Source of the DNA: Octopus sinensis
Lineage: Eukaryota
Length of the DNA: 64,000 bases
Reading direction: 5' to 3'
NCBI RefSeq assembly: GCF_006345805.1
Contig: NC_043001.1
Span: 83,514,001-83,578,000 of the forward strand
The position numbers and the translations under genes were made by a program. A model generated the notes under the pieces. That model was given only the letters and a program-made list of their open reading frames with translations, did no database searches and was not told the origin of the DNA. Shown piece by piece: positions 10,796 through 23,708 of the stretch. The first letter of the stretch is position 1. Every line of letters starts with the position of its first letter.

Positions 10796-11216
10796 AGAAG
10801 CTTGCTTCCCAAGCACATGGTTCCAGGTTCAGTCTCAATGCGTGAGCCAACCAAAGCCTTGTGAGTGGATTTGGTAGATGGAAACTGAAAGAAGCCTGTC
10901 GTGTGTGTGTGTGTGTCTGTCCCCCTACCATCACTTGACAACCAATGTTGGTGTGTTTACGTCCCTGTTACGTAGCAATTTGGCAAAAGAAACTGATAGC
11001 ATAAGTCCTGGGGCCGATTTCTTCAATTAAAACCCTTTAAGGTGGTGCTCCAGCATGGCCACAGTCAAATGACTGAAGCAAGTAAAAGAATATACATATA
11101 TCTCAATATAATGAACCCCGCATCCAAAATCTTAACTATTCTGAAAATCAATTGGAACATAAAAGCAGTCAACAGATGAGGAAAACAATCAGGAATTGGT
11201 TAATGTGATCACTTAC

Positions 11217-11350
11217 ATGGTTTGATGTCAGCAGTAGGACAGCTCCGAGAGGAATGAAGGTGATTCCAAGAGCAAAGAATGCTGGCAGAACAGTTTCTGC
11301 TGTTAGAATAGGCTGCCATGCAGGGAGACGTTGCTGCTTAAACTTTGTAT
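11217..11350 (-). CDS. TMEM30A: CDC50/TMEM30A coding exon 2 ([17 protein letters not shown]... first TM helix)
   Basis: [14 protein letters not shown] is the CDC50 N-terminal signature; AG 11351-11352, GT 11216-11215; 134 nt, phase 1 to 0. Confidence 0.97.
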
Positions 11351-11579
11351 CTAGAAGAAAACAGAAAAGAAAAGAAAAAATAATAATAATAAAAAGAGAA
11401 TGTAAGGTCAACGTAGGAGATAATTAAATAGCACTGACCAAGGGGATATAACTCATGTTTAGAGTTAAACTCTACAGTTAATAATCTTTCTAACACACTT
11501 TCTAATTAACAGATATTTATTGAAAACAATTTGATAGAAACATAAAAAAGCTTAAGTTCTTTCTTCAAAACTGACAAGG

Positions 11580-11975
11580 CGTAGGAGTGGCTGTGTGGTA
11601 AGTAGCTTGCTTACCAACCACATAGTTCCAGGTTCAGTCCCACTGCATGGCACCTTGGGCAAGTGTCTTCTACTATAGCCTCAGGCCGACCAAAGCCTTG
11701 TGAGTGGATTTGGGAGACGGAAACTGAAAGAAGCCCATCATATATATATGTATATATGTGTGTGTGTGTGTGTTTGTCTGTATTTGTCCCCCCAACATCG
11801 CTTGACAACCGATGCTGGTGTGTTTACGTCCCTGTAACTTAGCGGTTTGGCATAAGAGACCGATAGAATAAGTACTAGGCTTCCAAAGAATAAGTCCTGG
11901 GGTTCATTTGCTCGACTAAAGACAGTGCTCCAGCATGGTCACAGTCAAATGACTGAAACAAGTAACAGAGTAAAA
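11580..11975 (+). mobile_element. SINE family A, full length
   Basis: Complete head, body, internal microsatellite and tail. Confidence 0.82.
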
Positions 11976-12892
11976 GTCTAATTCAAATGACTGAAACAAG
12001 TAAAAGAGTAAGTCTAATTCCAGTTTTACTTTTGGGATACCATCAGTTTTTGTGTACCAACAGTTGTTTTTTTTCCTTTCAATTTACTAAATATAAACAT
12101 CCGCCTTCCATTTTTATCTTCAAAACTTCCATATCTATCATCATCATCGCTTAACGTCCGCCTTCCATGCTGGTATGGGTTGGATGGTTTGACAGGAACA
12201 AGAGCTGACCAGGCAGGAAACTACACCAGGCTTCTGTATCTGTTTTGGCATGGTTTTTACTGCTGGATGTCCTTCCTAATTCCAACCACCCTGCAGAATG
12301 GACTGAGTGCTTTTTACGTGGCACCAATACTAGCAGGGTTACCAAGTAACTTGCAAAACAAGGAATCCTTGAGAGGGAAGAGAGATTTGGAGGAGATGAT
12401 CTTGTGTCAGATGATGAAAGGTTAGAGTGTGACAACAAATTTTTACTCTGATTCATCATCATCATCATCATTAATGTCTGTTGTCCATGCTGGCATGGGC
12501 TGGATGGTTTGACCAGAACTTGCAAGCCGGGGACCTGCATCAAACTCAAGTCTGATTTGGCATGGTTTCTATGGCTGGATACCCTTCCTAACACTAACCA
12601 CTTTACAGAGTGTACTGGGTGCTTTTACGTAGTGCTTTGATGTGGTGTCACACGAGTGCTTTTACATGGTGTCGCATGTGCGCTTTAACATGGTATCACA
12701 TGGGCACTTTTACATGGTGTTTTTATGTGACACTCCGCAATCTTAACATGAAACAATAATCTTGTGATCATTTAGGCAACGCCCTAGCTACCAGTCCGGG
12801 CTCCTTTACTTTATTATAGTGGAAATTTGGTTTCCAAATTTAATTTGTTCCTGAAGGCTGTTCCTCACCCAAAATGTTTATAAACCAAAACT

Positions 12893-13525
12893 ATAGTGAC
12901 CGAGACCTTTGGAAATATGCTGTGCTTGAGAAGACCTGGCAAGCCAAGTGAGACCATTACCCGTGGCTTATGTCAGGGGTGCAACCAGCCCACTTATGCG
13001 TACCTTTCCTTCATTTGACACTAAACTCTGCTTGCGAAGACCTGTTGAGGCAAGTGAAATCAAAATCAAATTTGATGACTGGCATCCGTGCTAGTAGAGC
13101 GCTAAGAGCACCATCCGAGCATGATCATTTCCAGAGCAGCTGACTGGCTTCCATACCGGTGGCACGTAAAAAGCACCATTCAAGCGTGATCGTTACCATC
13201 GTCGCCTTACTGGTACTTGTGCCAGTGGCACATGAAATAACATTTGAGCATGGTCATTGCCAGTGCCGCTGGAGTGGCTCCTGTGCAGGTGGCACGTAAA
13301 AAACACAGTTTGAGCATGGCCGTTGCCAGTACCGCCTGACTGGCCCTCATGCTGGTGGCACATAAAAGCACCCACTACATTCTCTTGGCGTTAGGAAGGG
13401 CATCCAGCTGTAGAAACTCTGCCAGATCAGATTGGAGCCTGGTGCAGCCATCTGGTTCGCCAGACCTCAGTCAAATCGTCCAACCCATGCTAGCATGGAA
13501 AACGAATGTTAAACGATGATGATGA
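12893..13525 (+). mobile_element. 5'-truncated RTE LINE copy: last codons plus complete 3' UTR
   Basis: gaccgagacctttggaaatatgctgtg encodes DRDLWKYAV as at the end of ORF 1282-2613; continues through the hairpin array to the (GAT)n tail. Confidence 0.85.
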
Positions 13526-13611
13526 TCAAATTCAAGAGAAAACACTGTAAATTTGAACAGGGATGTGTGCAGAGGTACTATATATATATATATATATATA
13601 GGGAAAAAGCA

Positions 13612-14548
13612 ACAAGAATGGATTAAAATCTCGGTACGATCGTTTCGTACGAGGACAAATTTAATATAATATAGTGTAGTGTAGTATAGTATAGTATAAT
13701 AATAATATAATTGTTTGGTTTCATTAAAAAACAACCCCATTTTTCTTTCCTTTCTAGTGACCTCTCATTGTAACCTGACAATCTATTAATAGTAACATTT
13801 ATAAATAAAGAAATAAATTGTTGACCTCAGTTCGAATTTTGCACTAAACAAGCTTAGATTTTCTGGTAGTATCAATTTGTCCATCCCCTTAGCTTCCCCT
13901 TCCCTTTCTCTTGATAGCTTTAATAGCAGTAACTGATTAATTCTACTTCCTTCCTCCTCTCTCTGTGATTCTTGTAAAATTCATTAACAACCTGCACCTC
14001 TACAGTATAAGACTGTCACTTTGCTTCTCATTCGGATTCCCTGATATTTTCGCATGATTGTACCCTAAATCTCTTCACAAAACTGGATTATGAACTATAA
14101 GGACATGCACATTTTCTGTAAGTTCAAGACTTTTCATCGGATCTCCAAGAATCGAACTTATATGCGATTCTTGTAAATTTCAATAACAATCTGTTCCTCT
14201 ACACGATATGACAGTCACTTTGCTTCTTACTCGGATTTTCAGAAATTTTGCATGGCTGTATCCGAAGATTTCTTCACACAACTTGATTATCAATTCAATA
14301 TGAGCTATATGTAGACATGCACAAATTTTGTAAGTTTAAAACCTTTCATCGGATCTCCATGAATCGAACTTTCTTCAATGCAGTTAATCTTACAACCTCT
14401 TTTGTATCTACCCCTTTTGATGTTTGGGAATTCTCTGATGTTTTTTCGGCTGACGAGTACGAGCCATCTGTATTCACTGCATTTTTTGTAGCTTATTAAA
14501 GATGTCCTCGTACGAAACGATCGTACCGAGATTTTAATCCATTCTTGT
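13612..14548. mobile_element. Non-coding element bounded by a perfect 46-bp inverted repeat and carrying two tandem units of about 200 bp
   Basis: 13612-13657 is the exact reverse complement of 14503-14548; diverged direct units at about 13965-14163 and 14164-14370. Confidence 0.8.
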
Positions 14549-14666
14549 GTTTTTTTCTATTTGAAATCACCCCACTTGTCGTATGGTTAACACCATATAG
14601 ATTTCCGGTGCATCCTAGTTAAGGACCATATTCATGTGAATTCTTTAGAATTCACTTGAATCTCAA

Positions 14667-14674
14667 TTACTTAA

Positions 14675-14748
<74 letters not shown>

Positions 14749-14778
14749 GAGAGGAGAGAGAGAGAGAGAGAGAGAGAG
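14667..14778. repeat. Compound (TA)n(GA)n microsatellite
   Basis: Direct reading. Confidence 0.95.
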
Positions 14779-15873
14779 ACACACACTCATGTTAAGTTCA
14801 TGAGAAGACTGTCCACTGGAGGACAGTTCCAGGAGAAAATTCTCCTACATATGTGTCAGGTTCCACCTACCCCTTGCCCATAACTTCATTTTAATCCTTC
14901 TGTTACTCTGTCTCTAATGAAAAGCAAATGCTTTCATCAACATTCACTTTGAAAATAATGAAGATTCTAATAAAATAGGTCATTATTAAGCTGGCTTTTG
15001 TAACCTACAAACAAAAAAGTGTTTTAATTTAGATCGCTTGCAATTAGGAAGTTTGTATTAGAAGCAAGGGCAGTCTAAGTTGAGTTGGTATCAAACAGAC
15101 TAAGGACTTTTTGGTGGGGCTTTCTAGGTGGAGATAATAGACAAAGAGAATCCCACTTAGAGTACAGTTCTGAGAACCACAGAACCTTGAGAGAGAGAAA
15201 GGAAAGAGAGAGGAGAGAAGGAGAGATAAGTTAATCAATAGCAAGGTATAGTCACTGGTAGCATATGTTTCCCTCAGAGGTGGGACAGAAGCTTCAATAA
15301 ATGTATTATGGAAATAATAAACATCTTCAAAAGAAAAAGTATGTTTGTGTTTATTTGTAAATATATCCACACAAACAAGCCTATTGATTATATCATTTTA
15401 AAATATACATTTCCAGTCAGGCTTGGGTGGTACTATAACTTTCATCTTTTATTTTTCACTCATTTCAGTCATTAGACTGTGGTCATGCTGGGGCACAACC
15501 TTGAAGAATTTTTACTTGAACAAGTCAACCCCAGTACTTCTTTTTTGTTAAGCCTGGTAGTTATTCTATCAGTCTCTCTGCTGAGCTGCTAAGTTATGAT
15601 GATAATGTAAGCGGTATCCTTTTTTATTTCCAATCATTCACAAAATTCCATCACAAAAGTTATATTCTTGCACATGAATTAGAAATTATTGTTATCATCA
15701 TGAAAATGGTAGTGGATAGAAGAATCAGTAAGGTGATACATTTAATGCAATGCAGTGCAATATTTAGTTTCAAATTTTATGCTTTGAGAACAAAACTCAC
15801 AGCAGCCTACATAACTAGCGGGTACTGAAAAGTTCCTGACTTTAGATAAAAGAAAATACAGGAGAATCAATTA

Positions 15874-16037
15874 CCGTATTTTATTGTGTATAAGGAACCC
15901 TCTTTTGTCAAAAATTAGGTTAAAAAAAAATAAAGAAGTTTCATATACAGGAATAGTATTATAATCTCTTACAAAACCATTTTTCCAAATTCTAAGCCCA
16001 AAGAATTAGGGGGTTCCTTATACACATTAAAATACGG
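15874..16037. mobile_element. 164-bp pogo/Tigger-like MITE
   Basis: 27-bp TIRs ccgtatttta(t/a)tgtgtataaggaaccc with one mismatch, TA on both sides; inserted in a mariner-like terminal fragment (cgggtactgaaaagttcc...). Confidence 0.82.
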
Positions 16038-16394
16038 TAGTTATGATTTTATTCGACATGCCAGGTATGGCTGATACATGTACCAGCTGACTGGCCCCCA
16101 TGCAGGTGGTACATAAAAAGCACCCACTACACTCTCAGAGTGGTTGACGTTAAGAAGGTCATCCAGCTGTAGAAATCTTGCCAGATCAGATTGGAGCCTG
16201 GAACAGCCTCCTGGCTTGCCAGTCCCCAGTCCTCGGCAAAAGAGAACGATAGAATAAGTACTAGGCTTACAAAGTACTTATCCAACCAATGTCAGCATGG
16301 AAAGCAGACATTAAATGATGATGATGATTCTCCTCTCAGATTCACAGACTTATTGCAGTGGTCCTTCAGATTTTCTAAGCCCTCTTTTACTCTT

Positions 16395-16830
16395 TTATCT
16401 TTTACTTGTTTCAATCATTTGACTACGGCCATGCTGGAGCACCGCCTTTAGACGAGCAAATCGACACCAGGACTTATTCTTTGGAAGCCTAGTACTTATT
16501 CAATCGGTCTCTTTTGCCGAACCGCTAAGTTACGGGGACGTAAACACACCACCATCGGTTGTCAAGCAATGTTAGGTGGACAAACACAGACACACAAACA
16601 TACACACACACACCACACATATATATATATATATATACATACACACACACACACACACACACACATATACGACAGGCTTCTTTCAGTTTCTGCCTACCAA
16701 ATCCACTCACAAGGCTTTGGTCGGCCCAAGGCTATAGTAGAAGACACTTGCCCAAGGTGCCACGCAGTGGGAATGAACCTGGAACCATGTGGTTGGTAAG
16801 CAAGCTACTTACCACACAGCCACTCCTGCG
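16395..16830 (-). mobile_element. SINE family A, full length
   Basis: Reverse complement of the family A copy at 46541-46920. Confidence 0.85.
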
Positions 16831-17055
16831 CCTTGTAAAAGAACTTGGAAGGTTGGGCCTCCAACCAGGCCTTTCACAATACCCCTAAAGCCAGGAACTT
16901 TACAGCACATTTTAGCCTTCTAGGGAAGATTAAATAGAGTACCAGTCAAGTACTGGTGTTGATGGTATTCACTAACACTCTCTCTGAAACATTGTTGGCT
17001 TTGTGCCTAAATCAAAAACAATTACTTTAGCATTCAGATTATTGTCAAATGTTCT

Positions 17056-17388
17056 GAGACTCCCTTAGGTCACAACACAGACCATGGGATTGCACCTAGA
17101 AAGTTACCCTCCCAAGCACAAGTCTGGGCAAGGTTGTTTATGGAAGACCAGCAGTTGCCCATGCATACTGGCCTCCCCTCTCCACACCACCAGTGTTATC
17201 CAAGAGAAAGGCAAAAGCTGATACAGCTTGGCACCTGTGACCTCGCATTTCTACAGCTGAGTGAACTGGAGCAACATGAAATAAAGTGTCTTGCTGAAGA
17301 ACACAACACGCAGCCAGGTCTGGGATTCGAGCTCACAACCTCACGATCGTAAGCTCGACGCTCTAACCACTGAGCCATGCGCCTTCAC
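17056..17388 (-). mobile_element. SINE family C, tRNA-Arg-like head
   Basis: Minus strand GTGAAGGCGCATGGCTCAGTGGTTAGAGCGTCGAGCTTACGATCGTGAGGTTGTGAGCTCGAATCC: A box TGGCTCAGTGG, B-box-like element, anticodon-like ACG loop. Nested in a TTAA-type MITE. Confidence 0.82.
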
Positions 17389-18496
17389 TAAATGTGAAGG
17401 ATTACATTCTGTCAAATGTAATGCTTATTTATTAACATTGTTTTGAATTAATCATGCATTATATTGTAGCTTTGATATTTTATTGATGTGATTGCTTATT
17501 GTTCGAATGACATTGTAGGGTAGGTGTGACAGACCAGATCTGGTTAGTTTGAACATAAAACAGGTAGAATATTTGGTCCTGATACAGCCAGTTTAAATGC
17601 TAATGGGTGAAAAGGACAGCAAGCTTAGAGAATTGTTTGAGCACTACAAAAAATCATCATCAACATTTAACATCCGTTCTCCATGCTAGCATGGGTTGGA
17701 CGGTTCGACCAGGGTCTGGAAGCTATGGAGGCTGCACCAGGCTCTAGTCTGATTTGGCAGTGTTTCTACAGCTGGATGCCCTTCCTAACGCCAACCACTC
17801 CGTGAGTGTAGTGGGTGCTTGTTTTTAATGTGCCAGAGCAGGCTGGCAAACGGCCATAATTGGTTGGTGCTTTTACGTGTCACCGACACGGACCCAGTCA
17901 GGAGGCGCTGGCATCTGCCACGTTCGGACGGTGCTTTGTACGTGTCACCGGCACGGGTGTCTTAAACTACAATTTCCATTTGAATTTTTATTTTGATGTT
18001 GATGTACTTGACTCAATAGGTCTCCTCAAGAACAGCGGGTCACTCTACGATCCAAGGTTAGCACAGCAGGCCGTCCTGCGAGCCATGAACTCATTTCATT
18101 TGTCGGGTCTTTGGCATAATTTCTTATGAATCTTTATGTTCAAAGTTCAAATCCCACAAAGATCAACTTTGTTTATCACCCAGCCAGGATCAATAAAATA
18201 TAGTATCTGTCAAATATTAGGGTCTGTAGTTTCGACTAATCTCCCAGCAAAATTGTTGGCCATAATATCAAGGAAAAAAAATGCCCTGCAGTATTTGCTC
18301 CAGCTCTTTATGAGTTCAAACCCTGTAAAGATCAACTTTATTCATTGTCCCTTCAGGGTCAATAAACTGAAGTACCAGTTTAAAGGCTAGAGTCAATGAA
18401 CTCAATGAAAACTCCAACCACAAAATTACTGGCTCTGAGTCTAAATTAAAAATATTAATCTACTATAATAATACTCTTGTGGTTTTCTCTGTTACA

Positions 18497-20215
18497 AAAT
18501 ATGAATGAGAAAGAAAGGGGTGATAGATGAATAAGGAAGGAAGGGGTGATGGCAAACTTGGTAGTGGGATGATGAAAATTCTACACTGAAAAAAAAATCA
18601 AACAGCTTTTCAACTATGTGAGTATATGTGTTTGCATGTAGAAGGAGGTATATGAATGTGTGTGCAATGGAAGTGGGATGGTGAACATTGAAAGCTGAAA
18701 AAATCAAACAGTGTTTCAACCCTGTGTGAGTATATGTGTATGTGTGCACAAGGGAAGTATGTGAATGTTTGTATGTGTGAGGCAGCGTTCTTTCAGTAAT
18801 AAATGATGATCGATGTCACATCTCAAAAGACAACCAATAGATAACATTGACAAGTGTATTAATTTGAATTACCATCAAATAAAAATCAAATGGAAATTGT
18901 AGCTGTGATACCTGTGCCGGTGGCACATAAAAAGCACCATCCGAACGTGGCCGATGCCAGAGCCACCTTGACTGGTTTCCATGCCAGTGGCATGTAAAAA
19001 GCACCAACCGATTGTAGCTGTTGCCAGCCGCCCCCTGGTACCTGTGCCGGTGGCACATAAAAAGCACCTACTACACTCACGGAGCGGTTGGCGTTAGGAA
19101 GGGCATCCAACTGTAGAAACACTGCCAGATCAGACTGGAGCCTGGTGCAGCCTCCTGGCTTCCCAGACCCCGGTCGAACTGTCCAACCCATGCTAGTATG
19201 GAAAACGGACGTTAAACGATGATGATTCTATCTTTTGTCCTTGTTTATATATGAAATACAACAATTAGTCATCATTTTTGACAGCATGGGGCCAGCTAGT
19301 TGCAAATGTTTCTTCTGGTGAGGTTGACTTTGCCATTCATTCTTTCAAGGTCGATAAAATAAGCACCAGCTGGGCACAGGGGTTGGTGTAATCAACTAGA
19401 CCAATTCCCCAACAATTTCAGGCCTTGTACCTATAAGAGAAACAGTCATTCTAAATGCGTCTAAGGTAGCAAGCTGGTGGAATTATTAAATCATCAGACA
19501 AACTGCTCTACATAATCTCATCCAGTTTAAAATTCCTTGTTCAAATTCTGCCAAGGTCAACTTTGCCTTTCATCCTTTTAGTGTCAATAAGATCAATACC
19601 AGTCAGGTACTGGGGTTGGTGTAATCAACTAAACTCACCACCCCAAATTACTGGCCTTGTACCAATAATAGGGAGAATTATTATAAACTAGCTGGCCCCA
19701 TGCCATCAAAAATGATGGCTAATTGTAGTATTTTATATGGTAAATCAAATTAATACACTTGTCAATGTTATCTAGTGGTTGTCTTTTGAGATGTGACACT
19801 GATCACCATTTGTTACTGGTTTACACATACAAACATTCACATACTTCCCTTGTACACATACACACATATACTCACAGAGTTGAAACGCTGTTTGATTTTT
19901 CTTTTCAGTACTGAATGTTCACCATACCACTCCCTTCTTTATTCATCTATCACCCTTTCCTTTCTCATGCATGGAGCCAGCTAGTTGTAAATGTTTCTTC
20001 TGCTGAGATTGACTTAGCTATTCATTCTTTCAAGGTCGATAAAATAAGCACCAGCTGGGCACAGGGGTTGGTGTAATCGACTAGCCCCATGCCCAACAAT
20101 TTCAGGCCTTGTACCTATAAGAGAAATAGTCATTATAAATGCTTCTAAGGTAGCAAGATGGTGGAATTATTAACTCATCAGACAAAATGCTCTGCATTAT
20201 CTCATCCAGTTTTGA
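18497..20215. repeat. Local duplication-inversion rearrangement in CDC50 intron 1
   Basis: 18497-18880 plus 19240-19303 recur inverted at 19683-19970; 19285-19525 recurs directly at 19969-20215. Confidence 0.8.
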
Positions 20216-20221
20216 GTGATG

Positions 20222-20793
20222 GAGAAAAACACGAGTATTATTATAGACAAGCAAAACGCCCCCACCCCCGTCCAATGGACTGTGCTGAGTTGTCAAACAT
20301 TTAAACCAAATTTTCTCAAAACAACTTGTCCAACCATCCCATAGGCCTCCCCTCTGAGAAAAACTAATTTAACCTAAATTTGAGACACCAGCAAAAGAAG
20401 AAATAAAGATAGACTTCCTTCCTTCATGCCAAGTTTGAAGAAAATATCTCTTTTGCATCTTACTTTTTTGGTCTCTTAAATATACTGCATTTTGTGGCAT
20501 TATTTCAAGCCAGCTGGCTTTTTTTGTGCAAACTGCACGTGCATTTTTCTTGCGTACATGTAGTATTGATCGTAACAGCTGATGTACTTGCACATACAAA
20601 TGCACGTTCCCACGGCATTATCGATCGCATTCTCACCTGGAATCGATTTTTGTAATTTTTTTCAAGACTTATACACGCCCTGATACCGTTGGTATCTACA
20701 TATCAAATTTGAGCGCAATTGGATGGAGGGTGCCCAAGATCCTAAAAGACACACACACACAGACAGACAGAACGGATTTTATATAATAGATAT
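20222..20793 (-). mobile_element. Non-autonomous Helitron-like element, 5' part (same family as 48112-48680)
   Basis: Minus-strand start aTCTATTATATAAAATCCGTTCTG followed by (TG)n; colinear with 48112-48680. Confidence 0.72.
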
Positions 20794-22245
20794 TTCTTGA
20801 AGAATCCAAACCCAGTAAAAACAGAGGTTGACAATTGGTTTTGTTCTTAACCAAGCATGCCAAGATTTTAAAAGCATTGGTGCTAGTGCCACGTAAAAAG
20901 CACCCAGTACACTCTGTAAAGTGACTGGCATTAGGAAGAGTATCCAGTCATAGGAACCATGCCAGAACAAACAATGGAGCCTGGTGCGGCCCCTGGCCTT
21001 ACCAGCTCCTGTCAAACCATCCAACCCATACCAGCATGGAAAACGGGCATTAAATGATAATATATATGCATCGATACCACATAAAAAGCACCTGTGCCAC
21101 TGTCATGCCAAAATAGACAATTGGTGCCTGGTGTAGCTCCCTGGCTGGTCAGCTCCTGTCAAACTGTCCAGCATATGCCAGATAATGACATCACAGCCAT
21201 TAATTTCTCCTACATCCATGTCCAATCCGGCATATAAAGTGAGCAGCAGCAATGGCCAATAGCAGTCTGTTTGTATGTGGTCACTCGAGAAGCTAGAAAT
21301 AGCAGCCAAATCTCTTTCAACTTATACCTTCTTTCTCAAAAGAAACTGTTGAGTTTTGTAAAAGCTATCACAACCTCATGAGGAAGTAAAAGGATATGAA
21401 ACTGATTTGAGTGGGGTGGGTGTAAAAATGTAGAAAACAATTAAAATTTTCGGAGAAAAATTATTTCAGAATCGTAATTCCCGTTGTATGATACGGGAAC
21501 ACTTTATAAACAATCAAACAAAAGCTACTGAATTCTTTTGCCTTCCTCCTTCCTTACGAAGGGCCACGTTCTGGAATAGCTACCACTATCTCATAAAACG
21601 GTGAAAAAACATGGAACTACGGAAACCGGAGCTAAGAGTTGAAATTTACTGGGTTTTGTTTTTTTTCAAAATGATAATTACTATTGTGAAACACTGAAAT
21701 ATGTTTTAAAAAATAAAGGAACACCAGAATTCCTTACGCTTTTCATTCCTCGTGAGGTAGTGATGGCTATTCCAAAACTCCGTGGCAAAAGCAGACACAA
21801 CTGGTTGTTGCATAAGGGATGGTCCACTTTATTTATCAAAGCTGAACTGCAGTGTAACAATAACAAAAACAACAGGACGAAGTTTAGTGTAACACTGAAG
21901 TGCACCACAAACACAAAACGGCAAGTGCCTTCTACCAAAAGTAACAACAATAATAATGTGTTTATTTGCTGTCATTAAAACGGGGCAATAAAGTTTAAGT
22001 GCATTGCTCAATGGTGATAGAAAATATTAGACAGAAAACGGAGCGCAGTCTCCTAAATACATTTTTCGTTTTTTTTTTATTTTTCATGTGTGTGTTCTGG
22101 ATACAAACTGACATAGTGGATATAACCTTGACCATATTATCTAAAACAGAGTAACTGGACAGCAATGTTGATGTGTGTCAAAAGCAAAAAGATATCATAA
22201 ACATCCAACACCCTTCTTCCGCCTACACAACATAATACAGTTGTG

Positions 22246-22282
<37 letters not shown>

Positions 22283-22382
22283 TAAGACGAATTGGATGAA
22301 GGCATGATGTGTTATGAAACAGTGCAAATGATGTTCAAATGTGCTGTTGTAGGCAGTAATATAAAAGGGCGACATTATTTAC

Positions 22383-22518
22383 CTTTAGGTTTACGACTTT
22401 TTGGTTTATCGTCTTGAAGGCTGGTTCGCGGAAGAGAAGCCATGACGGCAGCAGGAGGAGTCTTACTAATAGGAGAGCGAACTTCCAAGGGGATTGAACT
22501 CGAACTGTCTTCTTCCAT
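22383..22518 (-). CDS. TMEM30A: CDC50/TMEM30A first coding exon (MEEDSSSSIPLEV...DDKPKSRKPK)
   Basis: ATG at 22518, 45 codons plus G, donor AG|GTAAAT; joins exon 2 to give [14 protein letters not shown], the typical CDC50 N-terminus. CpG-retaining context. An in-frame downstream ATG (M26) is an alternative start. Confidence 0.85.
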
Positions 22519-22565
22519 CGTTAGGCAAAAGAGTTCAAAACAAGTTTAACCTAAGTGTTGTAGTA

Positions 22566-22579
22566 GGTATTTATATAGG
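22566..22579 (-). promoter_or_regulatory. Candidate TATA box upstream of CDC50
   Basis: Minus strand CCTATATAAATACC about 50 nt upstream of the ATG; could be chance in AT-rich DNA, and a CACTTAG|G acceptor-like site nearby allows an upstream non-coding exon instead. Confidence 0.3.
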
Positions 22580-23708
22580 CATGTTCTTGTGGTTGTAAAA
22601 AGTTCCTCAGCTCATGTGTTCTATTCAAAATGAGAGAACTTAACTCTTCTCACGTCTCATGAATTATTTCACTACTTTTATTAGCTGGTTGTTGCCATTG
22701 TAGACTATCACTAGTTTATTCAAATTCCAGTTGTTTGGCCTTGTTCAGACATACATGCATTTATCTTTTACTTGTTTCAGTCATTGGACTGAAATTCTTC
22801 AAGGCGGTGCTCCAGCATGGGACACTGTCTTGAAGGATTTCTAGCCGAATGAATCAACCCCAATACTTTTTTTGGTTAATGTTTACAACTTGACCCGGAA
22901 ACGAAAATCAGAAAAAAAATAGTGTAACGGGTGTAAAAAAAATGTGTAGGAAACGAATATGAAAAAAAAAATGAGCGTAAAGCAACGGGAGGGTGGCCCT
23001 CGTGCTGGTGGCACGTAAAAGCACCCACTACACTCTCGTGGCGTTAAGAAGGACATCCAGCTGTAGAAACTCTGCCAGATCAGATTGGAGCCTGGTGCAG
23101 CCATCTGGTTTGCTGGTCCTCAGTCAAATCACCTAACCCATGCCAGCATGGAAAGCGGACGTTAAACGATGATGATGATGTATGTATATATATATTCAAT
23201 GAGCTTCTTTTCAGTTTCTATCTACCAAATCCACTCACAAAGCTTTGGTCACCTGAAAGCTGTAATAGAAGACACTTGTCCAGGGTCACTGAACTCAGAA
23301 CCATGTAGTAAGGAATCAAACTTCTTACCATACAGCCACACCTGAACTCTTCATAGCCACAGTTCAATGACTGAAACAAGTAAAAGATAAAAGAGAAGAG
23401 ATAAAGTTCTCTTAAGCAAGGTTTTGTAGATATTGTAACAGGATGCAGTCTACCGAGGCATTATACTATAGCCTGCTATCTATCAGGATGGTTTTACTTT
23501 AATATCAGGGAACTGCTTGGAATATTTACACTGGGATGATAAAAAACAAACAAAAACAATTGTATTATAAAATTTATTACTGGTCACTTCTTATATTAGG
23601 ATATAAAACGAAATCATTTTGAGTCACATGATTAATTTCAGTGACTTTATTACAAACCTTTTATTACTTACATCTATAAACCATCATCATCATCTGCTTT
23701 TCATGCTG

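Noticed and set aside
17310-17388. Possible tRNA-Arg gene (also tRNA-like heads at 38903, 45985-46062, 57516)
   Set aside because: Heads continue into multicopy SINE bodies, one with a TSD; acceptor stem is not properly paired.
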